In this document: positions 10,148 to 18,251 of the stretch, in pieces
Numbering within the stretch: position 1 is the first letter of the stretch
How the letters are laid out: every line of letters starts with the position of its first letter
DNA from: Candidatus Krumholzibacteriia bacterium
GTDB taxonomy: Bacteria > Krumholzibacteriota > Krumholzibacteriia > LZORAL124-64-63
DNA length: 64,000 bases
NCBI GenBank assembly: GCA_050174015.1
Contig: JBFXKG010000004.1
Span: 128,001 to 192,000 of the forward strand
Reading direction: 5' to 3'
Notes under the pieces: generated by a model
The model's input: only the letters and a program-made list of their open reading frames with translations
What the model was told of the DNA's origin: nothing
Databases searched by the model: none
Position numbers and translations under genes: made by a program

Positions 10148-10618
10148 TTGTCGACCCTGAAGCAGGAACTGAAACAGAAGCAGCCGTTCGCCGCGCCCCA
10201 GCAGGAGGTGTTCCTGAACGTGCAACGCACCGCCGGAATCCTGAACGGCCCCCTGTTGAAGCTCCTGCGCTGCGAGGGATTGAGCCCGCCCCTCTACAAC
10301 ATCCTGCGGATCCTCCGGGGACAGAAGGGCGAGGGCCTGTCCTGCTCCAGCATCGGCGAGCGGATGGTCACCAGGGATCCCGACGTGACCAGGCTCATCG
10401 ACCGCCTCGAGAAGGGCGGCCTGGTCGAACGGGAGCGGTCAGCCGAAGACCGGCGCGTCGTTCTGATCAGCATCACCGCCGCCGGGATGGCGGTGCTGGC
10501 GAAGCTGGACCGCCCCGTCCTGGATCTGCACCGGGATCTGCTGGGGCATCTGACCGTGAAGGAAATGGCCGAGCTGAACCGCCTCCTCGTGAAGGCGCGC
10601 CAGCCGCATGTAGCATAG
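10148..10618 (+). CDS. MarR family transcriptional regulator
   Basis: TTG start after GGAAGG; YNILRIL, DVTRLIDRLEKGGLVER and EDRR winged-helix motifs. Confidence 0.9.
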   Translation: MSTLKQELKQKQPFAAPQQEVFLNVQRTAGILNGPLLKLLRCEGLSPPLYNILRILRGQKGEGLSCSSIGERMVTRDPDVTRLIDRLEKGGLVERERSAEDRRVVLISITAAGMAVLAKLDRPVLDLHRDLLGHLTVKEMAELNRLLVKARQPHVA

Positions 10619-10680
10619 ACCGCATGAAACCGTGAACGAGGCCGCCCTAAGGGCCGCCGACATAATCAGGAGTTCCCGAC

Positions 10681-11274
10681 ATGAAAACGAAACTGACCCT
10701 TCTCGCCCTGAGCACCGTGATGGCCGTCGCCGCCCTGCCTGCGGCCGCGGCCCCGTACGACATCGACACCGCCCACAGCTCGGTGGGATTCCAGATCAAG
10801 CACCTTGCCATCAGCAAGGTCAACGGCGCCTTCAACGAGTTCTCCGGGAACTTCGTGTTCGTCGAAGGGGATCCCTCGCAGTGGTCCGCCGAGGCCGTCA
10901 TCCAGGCTGCCTCCATCGACACGGGCAACAAGGACCGTGACGACCACCTGCGTTCCGCCGACTTCTTCGACGTCGAGAACTTCCCGACCATCACCTTCAA
11001 GTCCACCGGGGTGACCATGACCAACGCGACCGAAGGCGTGATGAAGGGTGCATTGACCATGCACGGGGTGACGAAGGACGTCGAACTCGACCTGGAGTTC
11101 CTGGGCACCGTGACCGATCCCTGGGGCAACGAAAAGGCCGGCTTCTCCCTGTCCGGCAAGATCGACCGGCGGGATTTCGGCCTGACCTGGAGCAAGGCCC
11201 TGGAGACCGGCGGCCTGGTCGTGGACCACACCGTGAAGATCATGCTGGAGATCGAGGGCAACAAGGCCAAGTAG
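10681..11274 (+). CDS. yceI: YceI family lipid/polyisoprenoid-binding protein
   Basis: Signal peptide; IDTAHSSVGF, RDDHLRSADFFD and IDRRDFGLTW motifs. Confidence 0.92.
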   Translation: MKTKLTLLALSTVMAVAALPAAAAPYDIDTAHSSVGFQIKHLAISKVNGAFNEFSGNFVFVEGDPSQWSAEAVIQAASIDTGNKDRDDHLRSADFFDVENFPTITFKSTGVTMTNATEGVMKGALTMHGVTKDVELDLEFLGTVTDPWGNEKAGFSLSGKIDRRDFGLTWSKALETGGLVVDHTVKIMLEIEGNKAK

Positions 11275-11301
11275 CCTGCCCGGACCATTCGGCCTCGCCC
11301 G

Positions 11302-11336
11302 GGGGCCGGGCCTGATCGGCCCGGCCCCGCTCGTTT
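11302..11336 (+). terminator. Probable intrinsic terminator after yceI
   Basis: 11-bp stem GGGGCCGGGCC-TGATC-GGCCCGGCCCC with a weak T tail (GCTCGTTT). Confidence 0.5.
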
Positions 11337-11389
11337 CCGGTGGCCCGCGGTCCGGCCCGGGATTAGATTTCCCCCCGAAGGAGGGCGCC

Positions 11390-11596
11390 ATGTTTTTGAT
11401 GGTCGGGATGCGGCCGTTTCACAAGGATCTCGGGCCGGTCGATTATCGCACCTGCACCCACTGCAACAACCACTCGCGGTGGCGGCGGTCCGAGCTGTCC
11501 AACCGCCTGACGGTGTTCTTCCTCCCCGTGCTGACCCTCAACCGCAGCACCTGGGACGTCTGCCCCGTCTGCGGGCGGGGCTACGAGGTCGGTTGA
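11390..11596 (+). CDS. Zinc-ribbon domain small protein
   Basis: GGAGG RBS; CTHC...TVFFLPV...CPVC pattern (zinc_ribbon_15-like). Confidence 0.75.
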   Translation: MFLMVGMRPFHKDLGPVDYRTCTHCNNHSRWRRSELSNRLTVFFLPVLTLNRSTWDVCPVCGRGYEVG

Positions 11597-11605
11597 TCTT
11601 CCGGG

Positions 11606-12133
11606 CTAGTCCATCTCATCCAGCGCCCGCTCGTATTCTTCCAGATCTCCCGCCGAATAGCAGACCAGCCGCACTTCCAGGAGCTCCGGGAAATCCTGCA
11701 GGCCTTCCCGGACGGTCGCCAGGGCGATGCGGCAGGCCTCCGCGATGGGATAGCCGTAGACGCCCGTGCTGATGCTCGGAAAAGCGATGGTCGTGAAACC
11801 CTCCTCGACGGCCAGTTGCAGGCTCTCCCGGTAGCACGAGGCCAGCAGGTCGGCTTCGAGGTCTCCGGAGCCGCCCCCGAAGATGGGTCCCGGAGTGTGG
11901 ATCACGCGGCGGCAGGGAAGATCGTAGGCCCGGGTCATCACAGCCTCCCCGGTGGGACAGCCTCCGATCAGGCGGCATTCCCGGGCCAGGGCCGGCCCCG
12001 CGGCCCGGTGGATGGCCCCGCAGACCCCGCCCCCCGGTTCAAGGTCTTCGTTGGCCGCGTTGACGATGACGTCGCAGGCCTCCTCCGTGATGTCCCCCTC
12101 GAGAATCAACACCTTCTGCTTCCAGTCCCCCAT
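11606..12133 (-). CDS. Macro-domain O-acetyl-ADP-ribose deacetylase (YmdB-like)
   Basis: GDIT, IVNAAN..GGGVCGAIHRAAG and FPSISTGVYGYP motifs. Confidence 0.92.
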   Translation of the reverse strand: MGDWKQKVLILEGDITEEACDVIVNAANEDLEPGGGVCGAIHRAAGPALARECRLIGGCPTGEAVMTRAYDLPCRRVIHTPGPIFGGGSGDLEADLLASCYRESLQLAVEEGFTTIAFPSISTGVYGYPIAEACRIALATVREGLQDFPELLEVRLVCYSAGDLEEYERALDEMD

Positions 12134-12228
12134 GACCACCCTTTCCGGTTGCGGCAAGGGACCATCCCCTGCAACCCTGCCTCCGGGCCATCGTATCAAA
12201 AATCCGGTATCAACCAAAGGAGCCTGTC

Positions 12229-13443
12229 TTGAAACGTGTGATCAGCCCGACCGGTTTTCTGTCGATCGCCCTCATGCTGCCCACCCTGGCCGGCTCCGCG
12301 CAACCCACCCACGTCGCCAATTCCGACCAGCCCCGCGACGGGAGGCACGTCCTCGAGATGGCGACCGTCTGGCACCGGGGCCATGACGCCGACGACCTCA
12401 TCTTCGGCTCCATCAACAACGTGCAGGTCGGTCCCGACGGCGGCATCTACGTCCTGGACCAGCAGCAGTCCCAGGTCTGCGTCTTCGACGATGCGGGCGA
12501 ACTGCTGCGCACCCTCGGCCGCGAAGGGGAGGGCCCGGGAGAATCGCGCCAGCCCGAGGACATGGTCTTCCTGCCCGACGGCAGCCTGGGCCTGGCCCAG
12601 TACATCAACGGGCGCATCGTGAGGATCGACCTGAAGGGCACCCCCCTGAAGATGCTGATGCCCCCGGGCTTCGATCCCCAGGGGGGCGGCGGCGGCCTGG
12701 TGAGCATCAGGCGCGCCCGTTGCAGGGGCGGCTCCTTCGTGATCAACGGCGTGAAGGTCTCTCCCCAGGACGACGGGATGATCCGCACCCAGTACCTGGT
12801 CCGGTGCAACGAGCAAGCCGAACCGCTGGTCGAGTACCTCTCCCGGTCCACCTCCTCGAACCTCCAGAGGGACGGCTGGGTCGAGAAGAACCACTACTTC
12901 CCCTCGCACGAACGGTGGGACATCGACGCCCGGGGGCGGGTGCTCGCCGCCTGCGAACGCAACGAATACCGCCTCACCGTCTTCGAACCCGACGGGACCG
13001 AGGCCTTCACCTTCGGCCGCGACCAAGAGCCCTGGCGGCGCACCGGGCAGGAGAAACAGGAGATCAGGGATTCGCTGGTGGTCCTGGCGGACGGCGTGAG
13101 GGTGCAGATCGAGGTCCAGGTCGAGGACATGGCTCCGGTCATCGCCGCGGTCCACGCCATGCCCGGCGGGGAAACCTGGGTCCTCACGACGCGCAACATG
13201 AAGGACCAGCCCGACGGGATCATGCAGACCTACGACGTCTTCGATTCGGCGGGACTGTTCATCCGGCAGGAGGAGGTCGCCTGCGGCGGGGAGGCCGACG
13301 AGGACCGCCTGATCTTCCTGGACGAAGGCCGGGCCGCCCTGGTCCGGGGCGCCGTCCAGGCCCGCCGCAACACCTTCGGCGGCAGCCGCACCGACGAGGA
13401 CCAGGACGTCGCCGTCCACGACCTGATGATCCTGGCGTATTGA
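12229..13443 (+). CDS. Secreted 6-bladed beta-propeller protein
   Basis: AAGGAG + TTG; signal peptide; DGGIYVLD..GREGEGPGE NHL-like blade. Confidence 0.7.
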   Translation: MKRVISPTGFLSIALMLPTLAGSAQPTHVANSDQPRDGRHVLEMATVWHRGHDADDLIFGSINNVQVGPDGGIYVLDQQQSQVCVFDDAGELLRTLGREGEGPGESRQPEDMVFLPDGSLGLAQYINGRIVRIDLKGTPLKMLMPPGFDPQGGGGGLVSIRRARCRGGSFVINGVKVSPQDDGMIRTQYLVRCNEQAEPLVEYLSRSTSSNLQRDGWVEKNHYFPSHERWDIDARGRVLAACERNEYRLTVFEPDGTEAFTFGRDQEPWRRTGQEKQEIRDSLVVLADGVRVQIEVQVEDMAPVIAAVHAMPGGETWVLTTRNMKDQPDGIMQTYDVFDSAGLFIRQEEVACGGEADEDRLIFLDEGRAALVRGAVQARRNTFGGSRTDEDQDVAVHDLMILAY

Positions 13444-13655
13444 GCCCTGCATGTTCAAGGCCATGCCCGCCGGGATCGAATGGGGGCAGCCGGACGCCCC
13501 GGAGCTTCTGGTAGCGGGAGGTCCTCAGCCGCCCAGGACCGGCCCTGGTCGCTTCCGATCTGGAGTTGGGGCCGACATCAGCAAAGGGGCGCGGCCGGGT
13601 TCAACTCGCCCGATTTGGCCGCCAACATCGTGACTTGTGCCGCCGAAAATGAGTT

Positions 13656-13728
13656 CCCCAGTCAATGATGGAAAATTCCATCGTTGACTGGGGTTTTATG
13701 TCCTAATTTATTACATTAGGACAAAAAA
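13656..13728. repeat. Two adjacent AT-rich inverted repeats (possibly a bidirectional terminator or binding sites)
   Basis: CCCCAGTCAATGATGGAA-AA-TTCCATCGTTGACTGGGG followed by TTTT, then TGTCCTAAT-TTATTAC-ATTAGGACA flanked by T and A runs; lies between convergent genes. Confidence 0.7.
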
Positions 13729-13769
13729 TTTGAACCTGAGCCGATGGGGAACAAATTCGGCGGCACAAC

Positions 13770-14036
13770 CTAACGGTTCCCTCCCCTTCCCCAGCCTCGG
13801 CCGGGGCCGAAACCGCGCCCGCGCCCGCCGCCGGCGCCCAAACCCGCCCCACGCCCCAGCCCCCGGCCGAATCCCCGGCCCAGGCCCCTGCCGAACCCCC
13901 GACTCCGATCCTGCGGATCCGAGGCTGGCGCCTCGTTCGCTTTTTGATCGTCCTGCCGCGGCACCCCGCAGCGTCCCAGACCCCGCCCCGTGCGGGGACC
14001 CTGGCCCAGCGGACCTCGTCCATTCTCTCCCGGCAT
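13770..14036 (-). CDS. DUF5320-like Gly/Arg-rich protein
   Basis: AAAGGTGA RBS; MPGENGRGPLGQGPRTGRGLGRC N-terminus and GRGxG repeats. Confidence 0.75.
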   Translation of the reverse strand: MPGENGRGPLGQGPRTGRGLGRCGVPRQDDQKANEAPASDPQDRSRGFGRGLGRGFGRGLGRGAGLGAGGGRGRGFGPGRGWGRGGNR

Positions 14037-14060
14037 CGCGTTCACCTTTCGGTTGCGGAG

Positions 14061-14444
14061 TCAGACCCGCCCGTCCCGCCGGCATCCCCGCCGCCCCCTG
14101 CGGCCGGGCTCGCTGCCGGGGAGGCTCCCCGGATCCTCCCGGTCGCCAGGTCCCACGGTTTCCACGTGGCCCCCTTCGACCCGGATGGCCCACCCGTGGA
14201 CCAATGCGGCCGCCGTCTTGCGCCGGGCCTCGGCGATGATCCGGCCGGCGGTGGCGCGCGAGACGTTCATCATCTCGCCGACCTGTTCCTGGCTCAGGCC
14301 TTCGAGGTCGGCCAGCCGCAGGGCCTCGAGCTCGTCGAGCCCCAGGGCGACCTCTTCCAGGTCGCGCATGGGGATCCCGGCCGGCTTGAAGTAGACCACC
14401 GAGGGATCGTGGCGGACGGAGCGCATCTTGGGTGGGCGGGGCAA
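14061..14444 (-). CDS. DUF134 (UPF0251) HTH protein
   Basis: TTG 6 nt after AGGAGG gives MPRPPK; YFKPAG, DELEALRLADLEGLSQEQ..MNVSRAT..ARRK..ALV motifs. Confidence 0.9.
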   Translation of the reverse strand: MPRPPKMRSVRHDPSVVYFKPAGIPMRDLEEVALGLDELEALRLADLEGLSQEQVGEMMNVSRATAGRIIAEARRKTAAALVHGWAIRVEGGHVETVGPGDREDPGSLPGSEPGRRGRRGCRRDGRV

Positions 14445-14458
14445 GGTCATCCTCCTGT

Positions 14459-14506
14459 TTGCTTTTTCCTGGTTATGAGCATATACTCAAAACTGGAAAC
14501 CGTCAA
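14459..14506. promoter_or_regulatory. Overlapping divergent sigma70 promoters with a shared palindromic operator
   Basis: + strand TTGCTT(14459)-17-TATACT(14482); - strand TTGACG(14506)-17-TATGCT(14483). The palindrome TTATGAGCAT|ATACTCAAAA (14473-14492) covers both -10 boxes. Confidence 0.7.
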
Positions 14507-14539
14507 ATCGACTGGTGAACCGATCCCACGGAGGTCGCG

Positions 14540-14896
14540 ATGAAGCTGGTCATCACAGCCCAGGGCCCGAACCCGGAAGACCCGGTGGACCCCCGCTTCG
14601 GCCGTGCAGCCTACCACATCCTCTTCGACGACAAGGCGGGAACCTTCACGACCCTGGAAAACCAGGGGAGGGACGCCGCCCAGGGCGCCGGGGTCCAGGC
14701 GGCCCAGACCATCGCCGCCAGCGGGGCCGAAGTCCTGCTGACCGGCCACTGCGGGCCCAAGGCCTTCCAGGCCCTGGAGGCAGCCGGGGTCTCGATCTTC
14801 TCCGGCGTCGAAGGTCGGATCCTCGATGCGGTCCAGGCCTGGCGGGACGGCCGGCTGGAGGAGCTCCACAGCCCCGACGGCACCCCCCGTCACTGA
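14540..14896 (+). CDS. NifB/NifX-family (MTH1175-like) Fe-Mo cluster-binding protein
   Basis: VDPRFGRA, GAGVQAAQ and LTGHCGPKAF motifs. Confidence 0.88.
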   Translation: MKLVITAQGPNPEDPVDPRFGRAAYHILFDDKAGTFTTLENQGRDAAQGAGVQAAQTIAASGAEVLLTGHCGPKAFQALEAAGVSIFSGVEGRILDAVQAWRDGRLEELHSPDGTPRH

Positions 14897-14904
14897 GAGG
14901 CCCC

Positions 14905-15756
14905 ATGCGCATCGCGGTCGCCAGCGGCAAGGGAGGAACGGGCAAGACCACCGTCGCGGTCAATCTGGCCGTCACCGTGGCCCGGTCCGGCCGTCAGGTC
15001 CATCTCTGCGACTGCGACGTCGAGGAGCCCAACGCGGCCATCTTCCTCGACCCGCAGCTGGGACCGGCGGTTCCCGTGTCCACCCCGATCCCCGTGGTCG
15101 ACAGCGATCTCTGCAACCACTGCGGGCAGTGCGCCGCCATCTGCGAGTTCAACGCCATCGCCTGCCTGCCCCACCGGACCCTCGTATTTCCCGATCTCTG
15201 CCACAGCTGTTCCGGTTGCTGGCTGGTTTGCCCCGAGCAGGCCATCACCCAGGCCGACCGGGTGCTCGGCGAGGTCTCGGTCGGTTCAGCCGGACCCATC
15301 GGCTTCACCCAGGGCGTGCTCCGCATCGGAGAGACAGTCGTTCCTCCCCTGATCCACACAGTCAAGGCGACTGTCCGCGGAGCACCCTGGGTGATCCTCG
15401 ACGCCCCCCCCGGCACCACCTGCCCGGCCGTGGAGGCCCTGCGCGGGGCCGATTTCGTCGTGCTGGTCACCGAACCCACCCCCTTCGGACTGCACGATCT
15501 CGACCTGGCCGTCAAGCTGGCCCGAGGTCTCGACATCCCCTGCGGGGTCGTCGAGAACCGGGCGATTCCCGGACGGGACATCGTGGACCGTTTCTGCGCG
15601 GAAAAGGACCTCCCCGTCCTGGCCCGCATCCCCTTCACCCGGGAGCTGGCCGCCGTGGGTTCCGAAGGGGGACTTCTCGTCGATGCGGACGCCGGCGTCG
15701 CCGCCGCCTTCACCCACCTGCTCGATGAACTGGTGGGACTGGAGGCGCGGACATGA
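14905..15756 (+). CDS. MinD-superfamily P-loop ATPase with inserted 2x[4Fe-4S] domain
   Basis: SGKGGTGKTT, DCDVEEPN, CNHCGQC, CHSCSGC, PPGTTCP and VTEPTPFGLHDL motifs. Confidence 0.9.
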   Translation: MRIAVASGKGGTGKTTVAVNLAVTVARSGRQVHLCDCDVEEPNAAIFLDPQLGPAVPVSTPIPVVDSDLCNHCGQCAAICEFNAIACLPHRTLVFPDLCHSCSGCWLVCPEQAITQADRVLGEVSVGSAGPIGFTQGVLRIGETVVPPLIHTVKATVRGAPWVILDAPPGTTCPAVEALRGADFVVLVTEPTPFGLHDLDLAVKLARGLDIPCGVVENRAIPGRDIVDRFCAEKDLPVLARIPFTRELAAVGSEGGLLVDADAGVAAAFTHLLDELVGLEART

Positions 15757-16658
15757 AGGAACTGGTGGTCCTCAGCGGCAAGGGCGGCACCGGCAAGACC
15801 AGCGTCACCGCGGCCCTCGCGGCCCTCGGGGCGGGCGCAGTGCTGGCCGACTGCGACGTGGACGCCGCCAACTTCCATCTCGTCCTCGGGACGCACGGCG
15901 AGGCGGCCCATCCCTTCGTGTCGGGACACACCGCGGTGATCCGGACCGGCGATTGCTCCGGCTGCGGCGAATGCGCCAGGCTCTGCCGTTTCGATGCCAT
16001 CCTGACTGAAACCGTCGCCGGCGGGATCCGGTTCCGGGTCGATCCGATCGCCTGCGAGGGCTGCGGCGTCTGCGTGCACTTCTGCCCCGGCGGGGCCATC
16101 GACTTCCCCTCGAGAACGTGCGGCTGGTGGGGAACCTCAAGGACACGGTTCGGCACCTTGATCCACGCCGCCCTCGACGTGGGCGCGGAAAACTCCGGCA
16201 AGCTGGTCACCCTGGTGCGGGAGCAGGCCCGCAAGGCCGCAATCGGTTCGGGCGCGGACCTGGTCCTGGTGGACGGCCCTCCCGGGATCGGCTGCCCGGT
16301 GACCGCCTCGCTCACAGGTGTGGACCTGGCCCTCCTGGTGACCGAACCGAGCCTGCCCGCCCTGCACGATCTCGGGCGGATCCGCGAACTCGCCCGGCAC
16401 TTCGCCGTGCCGGTGATGGTCTGCATCAACAAGTGGGATCTCAACCCCCGCCTGTCCGACCGCATCGCGGAATTCTGCCGGGACCAGGGCATTCCCGTCG
16501 TCGGCCGCCTCCCCTATGATCCCCTGGCCGGGGACGCCCAGATCGCCGGACTCAGCCTGGTGGAATTCGCCCCCGAATCCCCTGCCGCGAGGGCGCTCGC
16601 CGCCATGTGGGAAGACATCAGCGGCGCCCTCGCGGCCGCATCGCAACCGAAAGGATGA
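15753..16658 (+). CDS. Second MinD-superfamily P-loop ATPase with inserted 2x[4Fe-4S] domain
   Basis: ATGA overlap; SGKGGTGKTS, DCDVDAAN, CSGCGEC, CEGCGVC, ENSGKLV and DGPPGIGCPV motifs. Confidence 0.9.
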   Translation: MKELVVLSGKGGTGKTSVTAALAALGAGAVLADCDVDAANFHLVLGTHGEAAHPFVSGHTAVIRTGDCSGCGECARLCRFDAILTETVAGGIRFRVDPIACEGCGVCVHFCPGGAIDFPSRTCGWWGTSRTRFGTLIHAALDVGAENSGKLVTLVREQARKAAIGSGADLVLVDGPPGIGCPVTASLTGVDLALLVTEPSLPALHDLGRIRELARHFAVPVMVCINKWDLNPRLSDRIAEFCRDQGIPVVGRLPYDPLAGDAQIAGLSLVEFAPESPAARALAAMWEDISGALAAASQPKG

Positions 16659-16662
16659 TTCC

Positions 16663-17001
16663 ATGCGCATCGCCGTTCCGGTCAACCAGGGCAAGCTCTC
16701 GGCCCACTTCGGCCACTGCGAACACTTCGCGTTGATCGAGGTCGACACCCGCGAGAAAACAATCATCGGGCAGGAAAGCGCCACCCCGCCTCCCCACGAA
16801 CCCGGCGTGCTGCCGGTCTGGCTGGCCGATCTGGGGGTGGAGCTGGTGCTGGCCGGAGGCATGGGGGGACGGGCCCAGCAGGCCCTGAACGCCAGGAACG
16901 TCCAGGTTCTCGTCGGCGTGCCCGAGCTGGATCCCGAAACCCTGGTCCGCGCCTGGCTCCAGGGGGAACTCCCCTCGGGCCTCAACTCCTGCGACCATTG
17001 A
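16663..17001 (+). CDS. NifB/NifX-family Fe-Mo cluster-binding protein
   Basis: SAHFGHC, PPPHEPG, GGMG motifs and C-terminal NSCDH. Confidence 0.88.
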   Translation: MRIAVPVNQGKLSAHFGHCEHFALIEVDTREKTIIGQESATPPPHEPGVLPVWLADLGVELVLAGGMGGRAQQALNARNVQVLVGVPELDPETLVRAWLQGELPSGLNSCDH

Positions 17002-17017
17002 CCGCCTGGAGGAAGCC

Positions 17018-17455
17018 ATGAAGAAGCTGGGGATCATCATCTGCCACCGGTACCACACCTGCGCCGGGGGCAAGTGCTTCCGCTCGTTGCGGGAGCGTGA
17101 AGGCGCCTTCGCGAGATACGCGGGCGAGGAGGTCGAACTCGTGGGGTACACCACCTGCGACGGCTGTCCCGGCGGCAACGTGGAGTACGCTCCGGCCGAG
17201 ATGAAACGCAACGGGGCCGAGGTGGTCCATCTGGCCACCGGCCTGGTGGTGGGTTATCCACCCTGTCCCTACCTGGACTACTTCCGGGAGTACATCCCCC
17301 GCCAGTTCGGCCTCGAGGTGGTGGTCGGCACCCATCCCATCCCCGAGAAGTACCGCATCATCCACGATCAGCTGGGAACCTGGCAGGCGCCGTCGTTCCC
17401 CGATGACCTGAAGTCCCTGCTCGCCGACGAGCCGACGCGATTGGCCTACGACTGA
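17018..17455 (+). CDS. CGGC-domain protein
   Basis: IIC..CAGGKC, TTCDGCPG, VHLATG, PPCP and VVGTH motifs. Confidence 0.85.
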   Translation: MKKLGIIICHRYHTCAGGKCFRSLREREGAFARYAGEEVELVGYTTCDGCPGGNVEYAPAEMKRNGAEVVHLATGLVVGYPPCPYLDYFREYIPRQFGLEVVVGTHPIPEKYRIIHDQLGTWQAPSFPDDLKSLLADEPTRLAYD

Positions 17456-17464
17456 TCCGGACGG

Positions 17465-18127
17465 TCAGAAACCGACCCCGGCCATGATCGTGACGGCCTC
17501 GTTCTCGATGTCGAAGTAGATCTCTTTCAGGCCCCTGTCGTAGCGGACCTGGAACAGGTAGAGCCGTCCGTGCTTGAGGATCTCCACGCCGCCGCCGAAC
17601 ACCAGGCTGATATCCGTGGTTTCGTCGGTGTCGAGGTCCTCCTCGACGGATCCGCTGTCCTGGAGAACGTCGTTGGGGATCTCGCCCTTGACTTTGGCCG
17701 ACAATTCGAACCCCACCGCGGGCCCCGCGAAGACCACCGGACGGATGGTTTCCCCCTGGAAGAGGCTCACCGTCAGCAACGCCGGGATCTGGAGATAGTC
17801 CACGTTGTGGAAGAAGTCGTACTCGCCGAGATCCTCCCCGTTCTCGTTCACCGCCGTGAGGATCTGCTTGGCCCCCTTGCGGGCGTAGAGGGCCTCCGCC
17901 CTGAACCCGATCGGAGTGTCGAATCCCGTTCCGATGAACGCCCCGGCCTGGAACCCGTTCTTGCCGTCGAAGATGTCGCCTTCGATGAAACCACCGGGGA
18001 TCTCGTAGTCCCAGTCCGTCATGCTCCAGCCCCCGATGAGGCCCTTGACCAGTTCCGCGTCGGACGGCTCCGGCAGCACCGCCAGGACCAGGGCGATCAG
18101 GATGCCCGTCAGGTTTCTCTTCTTCAT
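17465..18127 (-). CDS. Outer-membrane beta-barrel (PorT/OMP_b-brl-like) protein
   Basis: Signal peptide; EALYARKGA, DYLQIP, FAGPAVGF and RYDRGL motifs; terminal Phe. Confidence 0.75.
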   Translation of the reverse strand: MKKRNLTGILIALVLAVLPEPSDAELVKGLIGGWSMTDWDYEIPGGFIEGDIFDGKNGFQAGAFIGTGFDTPIGFRAEALYARKGAKQILTAVNENGEDLGEYDFFHNVDYLQIPALLTVSLFQGETIRPVVFAGPAVGFELSAKVKGEIPNDVLQDSGSVEEDLDTDETTDISLVFGGGVEILKHGRLYLFQVRYDRGLKEIYFDIENEAVTIMAGVGF

Positions 18128-18251
18128 GGATCTCCCTCCAGGGTTGGAATGGCGCCTCTCCATTCTACTCCAGCCGTCCGCGCCGGAAAACCCCGGACTT
18201 GCCTGCCGCCCGGTCCATGCCCGATAGTCCCGGGAAACGAAAGGAACTCCC

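Noticed and set aside
13770..13900. Tandem DNA repeat
   Set aside because: Explained by coding for GRGxG repeats of the DUF5320-like protein.
14540..17001. Nitrogen fixation genes
   Set aside because: Only stand-alone NifX-like domains are present. The ATPases are MinD/ferredoxin type, not NifH, and there is no nifDK.
14540..17455. Selenocysteine read-through in the Cys-rich operon
   Set aside because: The TGA stops coincide with normal family C-termini and are followed directly by the next gene's RBS/start or by a convergent gene.
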